A stretch of 64,000 nucleotides of DNA, taken from an uncultured Gemmatimonadales bacterium. GTDB lineage: Bacteria; Gemmatimonadota; Gemmatimonadetes; Gemmatimonadales; GWC2-71-9. Position 1 is the stretch's first letter; the number at the start of each line of letters is the position of its first letter. The stretch lies in assembly GCA_963755425.1 (NCBI GenBank), contig CAVWJI010000001.1:414697-478696 (forward strand), in the 5' to 3' direction. A program made the position numbers and the translations under genes. Of the stretch, positions 1-10,819 are shown piece after piece. The notes beneath the pieces were generated by a model that made no database searches, was not told the DNA's origin, and worked only from the letters and a program-made list of their open reading frames with translations.

Positions 1-156
1 GCTCGGGTCGGGAACGGGATCGGCCATGGTCACCACGCGCTCAAGGCGGGACAAGGGGAGATTCAGGGAGTATTGCCGCAGGCCGGAAACGCCGCAAGAC
101 GAGCGGCGCGGCGGGGTGGTATTGGCCCCGGCGGCCGGGTCCGATACTGTAGTACG

Positions 157-1692
157 ATGCGCTGCCTTCGCCACGTCCCGCGCCGCGCGCGGTCAGCCGC
201 CGCCGGCCTGCTCCTCGCCCTCGGTGCCTGCCGGGCACCGTTCGTTCCCGACACCACCGGAACGACGCTCCCGCCGCCCGAAGCGACGCCGCTGCTGCCG
301 TTCCGCCTCGGCGGGTCGGGCGCCGATTTCGCGCGGGCCGTGGTCACCGACGGCCAGGGCAATGCCTACGTCGCGAGCTACTTCACCGGGACCGTCGATT
401 TCGATCCGAGCCTGACCTCGGCCACCGGACGGATGGCAGTCGGATCGTACGACATCGCGGTGGCGAAATACGATTCGACCGGTGCGTTCCAGTGGGTCAA
501 CTCGATCGGCGGCACCGACGCCGACGTGCCCTTTGCCATCAGGCTTGCGCCCGACGGTGGGGTGTACGTTGCCGGGTATGCCACCAGCGGCGCGGTCTGC
601 AGCGGGTTCGCGGTCCCCAACGGCGGCGGCCACGACGTGCTGCTGGCGCGGTTCGCCCCCGACGGCAGCTGCAGCTGGGCGGTGAGTGTCGGCAGCACCG
701 GTGACGACGAGGCGCACGATCTGCTGGTGGAATCGTCGGGTGACGTGGTGATCACCGGATCGTTCAGCGGCACGGTGGATTTCGATCCCGGTCCCGGGAC
801 GGGCATTCTCATTTCGCGCGGCGGGACCGACGGATTCGTGGCGCGCTATGGTCCGGACGGCGCCTTCAAGTCGGTGGTGCAGTTCGGCGGCACCACCGAC
901 GACGCCGGCAATGCGCTGACGGCCACGATCGAAGGCGACATCGTGGTGGGCGGGACGTTCTCGGGCACGGCGACATTCGGGTCGGCGCTGGCGCCGGTGC
1001 TGCTGATCAGTGCCGGTGGCGACGACTTCTTCCTGGCGCGCCTGGCGCCGGGACTGGGGCTGGAGTGGGCCGGAGCGGGCGGCGGCAGCGGCGAAGATGC
1101 CATCGGCACCGGCGGCGTGGTGGTGGACAACACGGACATGATCTACGTCACCGGAACCTTCTCCGGGACCGCCGACGTCGACCCGAGCCACGCGGCGCAG
1201 CTGCTGGTGAGCAAGGGTGGCACCGACGTCTTCCTGGCGTCCTACGACGGAGCGGGGAACTTCGGCGGCCTGGCGGTGGGGTTGGGCGGCGACGGCAACG
1301 AAGGCGTGAGCGGCTTTGGCCGGGACGCCGACGGCAACTTCTATCTCGCGGGGTGGTTCCAGGGTTCGGTCGATTTCGACCCGGGCGCCGGCGTGCACGT
1401 CGTCAACGCGCAGGCCACGTCCGGGGCGGCGGACGGCTACCTCGTGTCGTTGACCCCCAGCGGCGACCTGCGCTGGGTCGATCCGTTCAGCAACGCCATT
1501 GCGGGCAGCGCCAACGTGACCATTGCCAACGGCGTCTCCCTCACCCCGGACGGGGCGGTCTGGGTGGTGGGACGGTTCTTCGGCCGGATCGATTTTGACC
1601 CGGGCACCTCGGCGGTGGCCCTGCAGAGCCTGGGCGATGCCGACCAGTTCGTGGCGCGGTATTACCAGACGACCGGCTCGATCTGGCGCTGA
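157..1692 (+). CDS. secreted/lipoprotein beta-propeller protein with SBBP-type repeats
   Basis: In ORF 73..1692 the internal ATG at 157 gives a signal peptide with a lipobox-like LLLALGAC. About 8 iterations of the motif G.D.a..i..D..GN.YV.G.F.GT.DFDPG follow. Confidence 0.75.
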   Translation: MRCLRHVPRRARSAAAGLLLALGACRAPFVPDTTGTTLPPPEATPLLPFRLGGSGADFARAVVTDGQGNAYVASYFTGTVDFDPSLTSATGRMAVGSYDIAVAKYDSTGAFQWVNSIGGTDADVPFAIRLAPDGGVYVAGYATSGAVCSGFAVPNGGGHDVLLARFAPDGSCSWAVSVGSTGDDEAHDLLVESSGDVVITGSFSGTVDFDPGPGTGILISRGGTDGFVARYGPDGAFKSVVQFGGTTDDAGNALTATIEGDIVVGGTFSGTATFGSALAPVLLISAGGDDFFLARLAPGLGLEWAGAGGGSGEDAIGTGGVVVDNTDMIYVTGTFSGTADVDPSHAAQLLVSKGGTDVFLASYDGAGNFGGLAVGLGGDGNEGVSGFGRDADGNFYLAGWFQGSVDFDPGAGVHVVNAQATSGAADGYLVSLTPSGDLRWVDPFSNAIAGSANVTIANGVSLTPDGAVWVVGRFFGRIDFDPGTSAVALQSLGDADQFVARYYQTTGSIWR

Positions 1693-1717
1693 TTGCCGGC
1701 GGATCGCCGGCCGAGCT

Positions 1718-1755
1718 GGCCCCCTTCCAAAACCGTGGGAAGGGGGCCATTTTTC
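1718..1755 (+). terminator. rho-independent terminator after the SBBP gene
   Basis: Perfect 11-bp stem GGCCCCCTTCC / GGAAGGGGGCC with a 9-nt loop, followed by ATTTTTC. Confidence 0.7.
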
Positions 1756-1786
1756 ATGGCTCGACAGCGGGGTAACCGGGGGAACC

Positions 1787-2092
1787 ATGGCGAAGACGAG
1801 TTCGGTCGAACGGAACAAGAAGCGGCGGATACTGGCCGCCAGGTACGCCGACCAGCGGAAGCGGCTCAAGGCGACGGTGCGCAGCCTCACCACCACCGCC
1901 GACGAGAAGGATGCTGCCCGGCGCAAGCTCGAAGCGCTGCCGCGCAACTCGTCGCCGGTCCGGATCCGCAACCGCTGCCAGCTGACCGGTCGGTCCCGCG
2001 GCTACCTGCGGCGGTTCGGTCTGTCCCGGATCGCGTTCCGTGAAATGGCACTCGAGGGGAAGATCCCCGGCGTGCGCAAGGCGTCCTGGTAA
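1787..2092 (+). CDS. rpsN: 30S ribosomal protein S14 (long, Cys-poor form)
   Basis: The ATG at 1787 inside ORF 1523..2092 starts [14 protein letters not shown]. The C-terminus ...[41 protein letters not shown] is the canonical S14 end. Confidence 0.95.
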   Translation: MAKTSSVERNKKRRILAARYADQRKRLKATVRSLTTTADEKDAARRKLEALPRNSSPVRIRNRCQLTGRSRGYLRRFGLSRIAFREMALEGKIPGVRKASW

Positions 2093-2114
2093 CCCGGCGC
2101 AGAGAGAGGCCGCG

Positions 2115-2273
2115 ATGGCAAAGAAGGGCCGGATTCAGGTCAAGCTGCGCAGCAGCGAAAGCGCGTACGTCTACGTGACCACCAAGAATCCCAAGAAGCA
2201 TCCCGAGCGGATGGAACTCCGGAAGTACGACCCCATGCTCAAGCGGCACGTCGGCTTCAAGGAAGAGAAGTGA
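2115..2273 (+). CDS. rpmG: 50S ribosomal protein L33 (no CxxC zinc motif)
   Basis: The ATG at 2115 gives [52 protein letters not shown], 52 aa with a typical L33 pattern. Confidence 0.95.
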   Translation: MAKKGRIQVKLRSSESAYVYVTTKNPKKHPERMELRKYDPMLKRHVGFKEEK

Positions 2274-2296
2274 CCGATCAGCTGCGCTGATCGGTC
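2272..2296 (+). terminator. hairpin immediately after the rpmG stop (possible terminator, no clear T-tract)
   Basis: Perfect 10-bp stem GACCGATCAG / CTGATCGGTC with a 5-nt loop. Confidence 0.4.
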
Positions 2297-2329
2297 ATCC
2301 TGAGCGCTGTTGGCGCCAAGGATCAGCGC

Positions 2330-3727
2330 GTGACGCCCGACGAATTTCGTCGCCACGGTCACGAAATCGTCGACTGGCTGGCAGACTACTATCGTGACAT
2401 CGCTGACCGACCGATCGTCCCGGGCGTCGTACCGGGCGAACTGCGTCGTGCGCTGCCGGAGGCCGCGCCAGACGCGGGCGAGGGCTTCGACCGGATCTGG
2501 CGCGACTTCCAGCAGCTGATCGTGCCCGGCATGGTCCACTGGGGCCATCCCGGGTGGTTTGCGTATTTCCCGTCGCATGGATCGCCGCCGTCGGTGCTGG
2601 GCGAGATGCTCGCCGCCGGGTTGGGTGCCCAGTGCATGAGCTGGGCGACGTCGCCCGCCGCAACCGAACTCGAGCAGGTGGTGATGTCGTGGTACCGCCA
2701 GCTGCTCGGTCTGCCGGCCGGGTTCACCGGCGTCATCCAGGACACGGCGTCGACGGCGACCCTGATGGCGTTCCTCACGGCGCGGGAGCGGGCTGGCGCC
2801 GATCCGCCGCAGCTGGTGGCCTACTGGTCGTCGGAAGCGCATTCCTCGGTGGCCAAGGCGGCCCGGCTGGCGGGAATCCTCGTCGAACGGCGGCGGGTGA
2901 TCGGTGTCGACCGCCAGTTCGCGATGAGTCCGGGCGCGCTGGCGCACCAGATGGCGGCCGACCGGGCGCAGGGCCTCGTGCCCGCCATCGTGGTCGCCAC
3001 CGTCGGGACCACGTCGTCGACCGCGTGCGATCCCCTTGCCGCCATCGGCGAGGTGGCCCGGTCGCACGCCGCCTGGTTCCACGTCGATGCCGCGTATGGC
3101 GGTTCGGCGGCGATCGTGCCCGAGCACCGCGGGGTGCTCGACGGCGTGGAACTGGCCGATTCATTCGTCACCAATCCGCACAAATGGCTGCTCACCAATT
3201 TCGATTGCAGCGCGTACTTCGTGCGCGATGTCGACGCGCTGGTGCAGACCTTCAGCACCGCGCCGGAGTACCTCCGTACCCGTCATGACGCCGATGCGGA
3301 CGTGGTGAATTTCCGCGACTGGGGCATTCCTCTCGGACGCCGATTCCGCGCGCTCAAGTTCTGGTTCGTGTTGCGGAGCTACGGTGCCGATGGGCTGCGG
3401 GCGCTGGTGCGCAAGCACATCGCGCTGGCGCGCGAGCTGGCGGGCTGGGTCGAGGCCGAGCCGGAGTTCGAACTGCTGGCCCCGGTGCCCCTGGGCCTGG
3501 TCTGCCTCCGTCACGTACCGCCGGCCCTGGCCGGCGACGAGGAGGCGCTGGGCCGGCACAACCGGTCGATCCTCGAGCGGGTGAACGCCTCTGGTTCGGT
3601 CTACGTGACGCACACCACGCTCGGCGGACGCTACGCGATCCGGGTGGCGATCGGGGCCCTCCGCACCGAACGGGCGAACGTCGAACAGCTCTGGCAGCTG
3701 CTGCGGGAGGCCGGCCGTCAGGCGTGA
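2330..3727 (+). CDS. pyridoxal-dependent (group II, aromatic-amino-acid/DDC-like) decarboxylase
   Basis: Intact 465-aa ORF. It carries the PLP-lysine motif NPHKWL and the overall group II decarboxylase pattern (HWGHPGWFAYFPS, DAAYGG). Confidence 0.9.
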   Translation: MTPDEFRRHGHEIVDWLADYYRDIADRPIVPGVVPGELRRALPEAAPDAGEGFDRIWRDFQQLIVPGMVHWGHPGWFAYFPSHGSPPSVLGEMLAAGLGAQCMSWATSPAATELEQVVMSWYRQLLGLPAGFTGVIQDTASTATLMAFLTARERAGADPPQLVAYWSSEAHSSVAKAARLAGILVERRRVIGVDRQFAMSPGALAHQMAADRAQGLVPAIVVATVGTTSSTACDPLAAIGEVARSHAAWFHVDAAYGGSAAIVPEHRGVLDGVELADSFVTNPHKWLLTNFDCSAYFVRDVDALVQTFSTAPEYLRTRHDADADVVNFRDWGIPLGRRFRALKFWFVLRSYGADGLRALVRKHIALARELAGWVEAEPEFELLAPVPLGLVCLRHVPPALAGDEEALGRHNRSILERVNASGSVYVTHTTLGGRYAIRVAIGALRTERANVEQLWQLLREAGRQA

Positions 3728-6549
3728 TGGGCCGGTCGCGTCGCGGGTGAGGCGGCGGCCGCGGCCTCCCGCAGCGCTGCGGCGAGATACTGACCGGTCC
3801 AGCTCGCCTTCACCTTCGCCACCGCTTCCGGTGGCCCCATCGCCACGATGCGACCGCCCTCCGGGCCGGCTCCGGGACCGAGGTCGATGACCCAGTCGGC
3901 GCGCTTGACCACGTCCATCTGATGTTCGATGACGAGCACCGTGTGTCCCGCATCGACCAGTTTGTCGAGCACGCCGATCAGCACCCGGACGTCGTCGATA
4001 TGCAGCCCGGTGGTCGGCTCGTCGAGCAGGTAGAGCTTGCGGCCGCGGGTCTTGTCCGCCGCCGTCAGTTCCCGGGCGATCTTCAGGCGCTGCGCTTCAC
4101 CACCGGAAAGTGTCGTGGCCGGCTGTCCGAGGCGGAGATATCCCAGCCCGACCTGCTGCAGCTGCCACAGGGCGGCGCCGAGGCGGGCGTGATGCCGGAA
4201 TCGCCGGATCGCTTCGTCGACGCTCCACTGCAGCACATCGTGGATGGAATACCCCTGGATCCGCACGTCGAGCACTTCGCGCTTGAAACGGGTGCCGCCG
4301 CAGACCTCGCACGGGATGTAGACGTCGGCGAGGAACACCATCTCGACCGGCACCGAACCGGCGCCGTCACACGCCGGGCAGCGTCCGCCGGGAAGATTGA
4401 AGGAAAACGTGGCCGGGGTGTACTTCCGCTGCCGCGCCAGCGGCTGCTGTGCGAACAGCTCGCGGATCTCGTCGTAGGCCTTGATGTAGGTGACCGGATT
4501 GGACCGCGGCGTCCGGCCAATCGGCGTCTGATCGATCAGCACCACGTCGCTCAGCGATTCCCAGCCGTCCAGCCCGGCGACCTCTCCCACCAGCTCGCCC
4601 AGATGAGTCTTGGCCGAATGGTGCCCCTGCAGCCGCCGTTCCAGCTGGCGGTAGAGCACGTCGTAGACCAGCGTGCTCTTGCCGGACCCCGATACACCGG
4701 TGACCGCGGTGAGGGTGCCGAGCGGAATGCGGATGTCGACGCCGTGGAGGTTGTGCAGGGTCGCGCCGCGCAGCACGAGCCAGGGCGGGGCGGCGGGGCG
4801 GCGTGCACTGGGGACGCCGATCCGTTTCCGGCCGAACAGGTAGTCGCCGGTGAGCGTGTCGGTCGCACTGGCCACCGACCCCGAATGCACCAGGCGCCCG
4901 CCGTGTTCGCCGGCACCGGGGCCGAGCTCGATCATCCAGTCGGCGCTGCGAATGGCGGCGAGATCGTGCTCGACCACCACCAGCGTGTTGCCGAGATCGC
5001 GCAACCGGCGGAGCAGCGCCAGCAGGCGGTCGTTGTCGCGGGGGTGCAAGCCGATCGACGGCTCGTCGAGCACGTAGACGGTGTCGACGAGATGGGAACC
5101 GAGCGCGTTCGAGAGCGCGATGCGCTGGGCTTCGCCACCCGACAAGGTGCGCGTCTGGCGGTCGAACGTCAGATAGCCAAGGCCGACATCGCGCAGGTAT
5201 GTCACCCGTGCCCGGGCCTCGGCAAGCACCAGATCGGCGACCCGCCGCTCGGTCTCGCCCAGCGCCAGGCCTTCCAGCCAGCCGTCGACCGTGTCGACGG
5301 TGTCGGCGGCGACATGGGCGATCGAACGGCCGGCGACGGTGACGGCCAGCGCTTCGGGGCGCAACCGCGCACCGTGGCAGTCGGGACATTCGTGCGCCAG
5401 TTGATACTGCCGCAGGAAGACCCGGATGTACTGCTTGTAGCGCTTGCGCTCCAGGTCCTTGAGGAACGGCATGATGCCGACGTAGCGCCCTGACGTGCCG
5501 GTCAGCAGGGTGGTGCGCACGTCTTCCGGCAGGTCGCGCCACGGCGTCGTGGCCGCGGCGCCGAGTCTTCGCACCGTGGCGGCGAGGAGCCGGCGACGCG
5601 CCTCGTAGCGCGGTTTGGTCCAGGGGTCGATCGCCCCGTCGGCGATGCTGCGCCCGGGGTCGGGCACGATCAGCGACAGGTCGTATTCCAGCACGGCGCC
5701 GAAGCCGTTGCAGGTGGGGCAGGCGCCCCGCGGGTTGTTGAACGAGAAGAGTGCCGGAGTCACTGCCGGCGCGGAGGTATCGCACCGGCTGCAGGTCGGG
5801 TGTTCGGTAAAGCGCTGGCGCGTGCCGTCCTGATGGAGTGCCAATGCCACGCCTTCGCCTTCGTTGAAGGCGGTCGCCGCCGCTTCGCTGATCCGGTCCC
5901 GCTGGCCGTCCACGGCCTCGAGGCGGTCGACGACGACCAGTACCTCGCCGGCGCCGTGCAGATCGGTTCCTGCGGGCAGTTCGTCCAGGTGGAGACCGAT
6001 GCCGTCGACCAGCGATCCGGACGAAGCCGAGGGCGCGGAGGTTGTCGACCGTGGTGGCGTGGGTGACCCGAGCGGCGGCGGGCAGCGGGAAGGCGAGCTG
6101 CAGCCGCCCCGGTCCCGCCGCGACGATGCGCGTCGGCGGCCGATTGCGGCGTGTCGCGACGCACCGGACCGCCGCAGACGATGCAGGCCTGCACGCCGAT
6201 GCGCGCCCAGAGGAGCCGCAGGAAATCGTAGACCTCGGTGGCGGTGCCGACGGTGGAGCGCGACGACATGGCCGGCGCGCGCTGCTCGATGGCGACGGTG
6301 GGCGCGAGCCCCTCGATCCGGTCGACCAGCGGCTTGGGCATCCGCTCGAGAAACTGCTTGGCGTACGTCGACAGCGACTCGATGTAGCGCCGTTGTCCCT
6401 CGGCGTAGAGCGTGTCGAAGGCGAGGGAACTCTTCCCCGATGCCTGACGGACCGGTGATCACGGTCAGCGCGCGGCGCGGAATCTCGACGGAGATGTCCT
6501 TGAGGTTGTGCTGCCGTGCGCGGACGACACGGATCATGGGGCGATTCAC
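3718..6549 (-). CDS. uvrA: excinuclease ABC subunit A (UvrA family), frame-interrupted near the N-terminus in this assembly
   Basis: The C-terminal ~700 aa of ORF 3718..6549 show both ABC modules and zinc-finger CxxC pairs. The conserved N-terminal segments [21 protein letters not shown]... and ...[29 protein letters not shown] lie in the two other frames (ORFs 5760..6341 and 4367..7450). The Walker A motif reads GPSGIG|EEF where [23 protein letters not shown] is recovered by dropping one G of a GGGG run (forward CCCC at 6435-6438). Confidence 0.9.
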   Translation of the reverse strand: MNRPMIRVVRARQHNLKDISVEIPRRALTVITGPSGIGEEFPRLRHALRRGTTALHRVAVDVRQAVSRADAQAAGRPDRGARAHRRHRAARAGHVVALHRRHRHRGLRFPAAPLGAHRRAGLHRLRRSGASRHAAIGRRRASSRRDRGGCSSPSRCPPPLGSPTPPRSTTSAPSASSGSLVDGIGLHLDELPAGTDLHGAGEVLVVVDRLEAVDGQRDRISEAAATAFNEGEGVALALHQDGTRQRFTEHPTCSRCDTSAPAVTPALFSFNNPRGACPTCNGFGAVLEYDLSLIVPDPGRSIADGAIDPWTKPRYEARRRLLAATVRRLGAAATTPWRDLPEDVRTTLLTGTSGRYVGIMPFLKDLERKRYKQYIRVFLRQYQLAHECPDCHGARLRPEALAVTVAGRSIAHVAADTVDTVDGWLEGLALGETERRVADLVLAEARARVTYLRDVGLGYLTFDRQTRTLSGGEAQRIALSNALGSHLVDTVYVLDEPSIGLHPRDNDRLLALLRRLRDLGNTLVVVEHDLAAIRSADWMIELGPGAGEHGGRLVHSGSVASATDTLTGDYLFGRKRIGVPSARRPAAPPWLVLRGATLHNLHGVDIRIPLGTLTAVTGVSGSGKSTLVYDVLYRQLERRLQGHHSAKTHLGELVGEVAGLDGWESLSDVVLIDQTPIGRTPRSNPVTYIKAYDEIRELFAQQPLARQRKYTPATFSFNLPGGRCPACDGAGSVPVEMVFLADVYIPCEVCGGTRFKREVLDVRIQGYSIHDVLQWSVDEAIRRFRHHARLGAALWQLQQVGLGYLRLGQPATTLSGGEAQRLKIARELTAADKTRGRKLYLLDEPTTGLHIDDVRVLIGVLDKLVDAGHTVLVIEHQMDVVKRADWVIDLGPGAGPEGGRIVAMGPPEAVAKVKASWTGQYLAAALREAAAAASPATRPAHHA

Positions 6550-6646
6550 GACTGAAACGTAAATGGCCCGAGAAGCCCGGGCCGCGATGCGTCGTCAAGC
6601 GGCGGCCATTACCAATCGGGCGGCGTCGCCTTACGTTATTGCGCCC

Positions 6647-7708
6647 ATGGCCAGTCTTCTGACCCCCGCGCGCCTCAAGCGCGGCTTCCTGCTGTTTGTC
6701 TTCATCTCGCTTCTCGCCTATCTCGGCGTGCTGCTCTACGGGCACGACGCCCGCGGTTTTCTGGCGTCGCTGACCCGGTTGCAGTGGCGCTGGCTGATCG
6801 CCGGGGCGGTGCTGGCGTCGATGGACTGGTTCGGCGGCGGGCTCCGGCTCTGGGTGCTGGCGCGCCACGTGCACCCCAGGCCGCCGCTGGGCGGGATGAT
6901 CATCGCCGGCGGCATGGGAGCCTGGGGGTCGTACGTCACCCCGCTGCAGGCGGGCGCCAGCCCGACGATGATCTATGCGATGCGCCGGGCCGGCGTGCCG
7001 GTGCCGAAGGCGATGACGACGACGCTGATGTCGTTCATCGCCACGGTCGCCTTCTTCGGCATCTGCGGGCCGCTGGCCGTGTTCTTCGGCGCGGGGCGCT
7101 CGCTGAGTCAGCAGGGCGACTTTCTCGGCCTCTCGCTGCTCGACCTGTTCAAGCTGAGCATGGCGATCTTCGCGTTGCTCGGCGTGCTGCTGCTGCTGGT
7201 GCTGGTGGCCCCGCGGGTCGTTTCGGCGGCGTTGCACCGCCTGGCGACGGCGCTGGGGCGGCGGAGTACCTGGGTCGAGGCGCGGCTGGAGCAGCTGCGC
7301 GCCGGAATCGATCAGGCGGGCGAGAGCATGATGGCGTTCAACACGCCGCGCGGGTGGCTGGCGCTGGTGTGGGCCACGATCCTGTCGGGGCCGAGTCACG
7401 CCAACAAGCTCCTCGCCGGCTACGTCACGCTGCGCGCCATCGGCATCCACGCCCAGTTCGTCGACGTGCTGCTGCTGCAGACCTTCATCAGTTCACTGCT
7501 CTACTTCGTGCCCACGCCGGGTGGATCGGGCTTCGCCGAATTCCTCACCATCGTGGTGATGGCCCCGTTCATCCCCCGGGACCTGACGCCGGTCTACATG
7601 CTGGTCTGGCGGTTCATCGGCATCTGGTTCACGATCATCGCCGGCTTCGTCGTCTTCTCGGTCTGGGTGCGCCGGGGACTGAAGGCGATCGAGGTGCCGT
7701 CGTCGTGA
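6647..7708 (+). CDS. polytopic membrane protein, lysylphosphatidylglycerol-synthase-TM / flippase-like (UPF0104-type)
   Basis: In ORF 6563..7708 the ATG at 6647 starts MASLLTPARLKRGFLLFVFISLLAYLG. Multiple hydrophobic helices follow. The family assignment comes from the overall pattern only. Confidence 0.65.
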   Translation: MASLLTPARLKRGFLLFVFISLLAYLGVLLYGHDARGFLASLTRLQWRWLIAGAVLASMDWFGGGLRLWVLARHVHPRPPLGGMIIAGGMGAWGSYVTPLQAGASPTMIYAMRRAGVPVPKAMTTTLMSFIATVAFFGICGPLAVFFGAGRSLSQQGDFLGLSLLDLFKLSMAIFALLGVLLLLVLVAPRVVSAALHRLATALGRRSTWVEARLEQLRAGIDQAGESMMAFNTPRGWLALVWATILSGPSHANKLLAGYVTLRAIGIHAQFVDVLLLQTFISSLLYFVPTPGGSGFAEFLTIVVMAPFIPRDLTPVYMLVWRFIGIWFTIIAGFVVFSVWVRRGLKAIEVPSS

Positions 7709-9501
7709 CGTCGGGCATCGTCGCCGACGAACCGGCCACCACCGGCGCCGATCTCCAGCTCGGACGCCGGCTGCTGGCGCTACGCCCGCCCCTACCGGGC
7801 GGCGATCGCCGTGGCCGTGGCGCTGCTGCTGGTGGAGGCCGGGCTGGCGCTGGTGGGGCCGGTGCTGACCCAGCGCGCGCTCGACGTCGCCATTCCCCAT
7901 CGTGACGGCGCCATGCTCGGCACCCTCGGCGCGCATCTATGTCGGCGCGCTGCTGCTCAGCTTTGGCGGACAGCTGGCGCAGACCATCGTCACCGCCTGG
8001 GTGGGTCAGCGGGTGATGTCCGACCTGCGCCGCCAGCTGTTCGATCACCTCCAGCGGCTTGAGCGTGCCGTTCTTCGACCGCCAGCCGGTCGGCCGGCTG
8101 GTGACCCGCATGACGTCCGACGTGGAGACGCTGAACGAACTGTTCTCCTCGGGCGTCGTGACCGTCATCGGCGACCTGGCGACGCTGGTCGCGATCAGCG
8201 CGCTGATGCTGGCGGCCAACTGGCGGCTGGCGCTGGCCGCGTTCGTCACGCTGCCGGCGATGGGGTTGGTGGTCACCCTCTTCCGCCAATCGGTGCGCAC
8301 CGCGTTCAGCGACATCCGCGCCGCGGTGGCGCGCGTCAACAGCTTCCTGCAGGAGCACCTCTCCGGCGTCCGGGTGGTGCAGCTGTTCGATCGCGAAGCC
8401 GCCACGGCGGCGGCGTTCGGTGCGGTCAACCGCGTCTATCTCGATACGCTGCTGCGCTCGATCACGCTCTACTCCGTGTTCTTTCCGGTGGTGGAGTTCC
8501 TGATGTCGGCCGCCATCGCGCTGCTGCTCTGGTACGCGGGGCTGCACGCCCTCGGGGCCGGGCTGACGGTGGGCGTTCTCGCGGCGTTCATCCAGCTGGT
8601 GCGGCGCTTCTTCCAGCCGCTGCAGGACCTGTCGGAGAAGTTCAACCTGCTGCAGAGCGCCATGGCCAGCGGCGAGCGGATCTTCCGCCTGCTCGACACG
8701 CCGGTGACGGTGTCCGATCCGGTCGCGCCGGTCCCGTTGCCGGTGCCGTCGCGCGGTGACGTCGTGTTCGACAACGTCTGGTTCCGCTACGCGCCCGACG
8801 CGCCGTGGGCGCTGCGCGCGGTGTCGTTCCGCGTGCAGCCCGGCGAGACGGTGGCGGTGGTGGGCCACACCGGAGCAGGGAAGAGCACCGTGTTGTCGCT
8901 GCTGCTGCGCTTCTATCTGCCGACCGAGGGGCGGGTGCTGTTCGACGGTGTCGACATCGCCTCGGTGTCGGCCGACGAACTCCGCCACCGGATCGGATTC
9001 GTTCCGCAGGACCTCTTCCTGTTTCGCGGCGACCTGGAGCGGAACCTGCGACTCGATCGGGACGTGGCCCCCGCGCGGTGGCAGGCCTCGCTCGACGCCA
9101 CCGGCGTCAGCCGGCTGGTCGATCGCCTCCCCGGCGGCGTTCGCCACATCGTGGCCGAGCGCGGGCGGTCGCTGTCGGTCGGGGAGCGGCAACTGGTGTC
9201 GTTTGCCCGCGCCCTGATCGGCGATCCGCCGCTGTTGCTCCTCGACGAAGCGACGAGTGCCGTCGATCCCGAGTCCGAGCGCCAGATCCAGGCCGCGCTC
9301 ACCACCCTCCGGCGGGGCCGGACGGCGCTGGTGGTGGCGCACCGGCTCGATACCGTGCTCGACGCCGACCGGATCCTGGTGTTCCATCACGGCGAATTGC
9401 GCGAAACCGGGACCCACCGCGAACTGATGGCGGCGGGTGGGCTCTATCAGCGGCTGGTGCGACTGCAGCGGGGCGCCGGTCCGGAGGTGAAGTCCGCATG
9501 A
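7705..9501 (+). CDS. ABC transporter permease/ATP-binding protein (MsbA/multidrug-exporter type), frame-interrupted about 3 times at the 5' end
   Basis: The GTG at 7705 overlaps the upstream stop (GTGA). TMD pieces lie in three frames (7811.., 7902.., 8059..). The NBD is intact, with GHTGAGKST, LSVGERQLVSFARAL and LLLLDEATSAVD. Confidence 0.85.
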
Positions 9502-10041
9502 TTCTTGCCCGCGTACCCCGGCGACAGATAGCTTTCCCCGTCCCCCGACACACGCACGTTGCGGTGGAGTCGATTCTGGAAGGTTCGAAGCAGCTGGCGA
9601 CGCTGTGGCTCCGCGGCGGCGAGGCCGATCCACCGGCTTTCGCCATCCGGCACCAGGTGGTCCGTCATCGGCAGCGACTCCGTCAACGACGTGGTCGTTC
9701 CCGGGTCAGGGGTCAGCCCGCGCCACGCCGAATTGCGGCTCCGGCAGGGGCTGTGGTACTTCCGCGACCTCGGCTCGGCCGGCGGGTCGTGGGTCGACGA
9801 CGAGCTGGTGCGTGAGGTCATGCTGCTCTCGCCCGGCTCCAGCCTCCGGCTCGGCGAGACGACGCTGACCTTCGGCCCCGACGACCGCCAGGAGGATTCC
9901 GACATCGCCGAAGTCGGGGAAGCGCCGCCCCTGCTGTTCGTCCTCCCCGAGCCGCGCGGGTCGGTCTGGCCCCGCGTGCTGCTCGTCGCCGGCCTGCTGG
10001 CGATCGCGGCCGCGATCTACCTGGTCGTGCGGTCGGGCTGA
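9498..10041 (+). CDS. FHA-domain protein with C-terminal TM helix (one probable frameshift near 9650)
   Basis: The ATG at 9498 overlaps the ABC stop (ATGA). The FHA core WSVIGSDSVNDVVVPGSGVSPRHAELRLRQGLWYFRDLGSAGGSWVDD lies in ORF 9559..10041. A hydrophobic C-terminal tail follows. Confidence 0.75.
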
Positions 10042-10811
10042 ATGCGATTCTCCTGTGCGGCTCGAACCGATGTCGGCGTCGTGCGCTCCGGCAACGAGGA
10101 TTCCTACCTCATGGCCAGCGAGCGGGGGCTGTTCATCGTCGCCGACGGCATGGGTGGCCACGCCGCCGGCGAGGTGGCCAGCGAGATGGCGACCCAGATC
10201 ATCGCCGAGCGATTCGCGCCGGTCCGCGGGATGAGCGACGACGAGATCATGGCGCAGATGGTCGGCGCGATCCGCGCGGCCAACGACGCCATCTTCCGTC
10301 GCACCCTGACCGAACACGACAAGCGCGGCATGGGAACGACGACGACGGTGCTGTCGCTGCTGCCGCGCCGCTACCTGATCGGCCACGTCGGCGACTCGCG
10401 CGCCTACATGCTGCGCGGCGGCGTGCTGTCGCAGCTCACCAAGGACCACTCGCTACGTGCAGGAGCAGGTCGACGCCGGCCGGCTGACCCCCGACGAGGC
10501 GCGGGTGCATCCCTACGCCAACGTGATCACCCGCTGCGTCGGGTCGAACAACGACGTCGATCCGGACCTGTACGTCGGCACGCTCGAAGCCGACGACCTG
10601 CTGCTGCTGGCGTCCGACGGCCTGACCGGGATGCTGGAAGACGACGACCTGCGCGACGTGATGATGAACGATCTCGATCTGGAAGGGAAAGTCGACAGCC
10701 TGATCGCCGGGCGCCAATCACCGTGGCGGGCTGGACAACATCACCACCGTGCTGGTCCGCATCGAGGAAGTGGCGCCGACCACCGGCGAAGTACCGGCCG
10801 TGCGGGGCTGA
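10042..10811 (+). CDS. PP2C-family Ser/Thr protein phosphatase, split over three frames
   Basis: Conserved stretches are RTDVGVVRSGNEDSY, ADGMGGHAAGEVAS, GHVGDSRAY, then (frame 2) ITRCVGS...LLLASDGLTGML, then (frame 3) NHRGGLDNITTVLVRIEE with the stop at 10809-10811. Confidence 0.85.
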
Positions 10812-10819
10812 CCCGGCGG

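Noticed and set aside
193-1971. Long antisense or out-of-frame ORFs with Arg/Pro/Gly/Ala-rich translations. Examples are 193..1971(-), 4367..7450(-), 7990..9633(-), 19848..21668(+), 37652..39535(-), the N-terminal 640 aa of 23082..25964(-), and 43779..45251(-).
   Set aside because: These are typical stop-codon-poor shadow frames of a very GC-rich genome. They overlap genes with clear conserved motifs on the other strand or frame, have low-complexity composition, and show no recognisable domains.
3718-3727. A 10-nt convergent overlap between the decarboxylase and uvrA stop regions.
   Set aside because: This is a trivial 3'-3' overlap, common in compact genomes.
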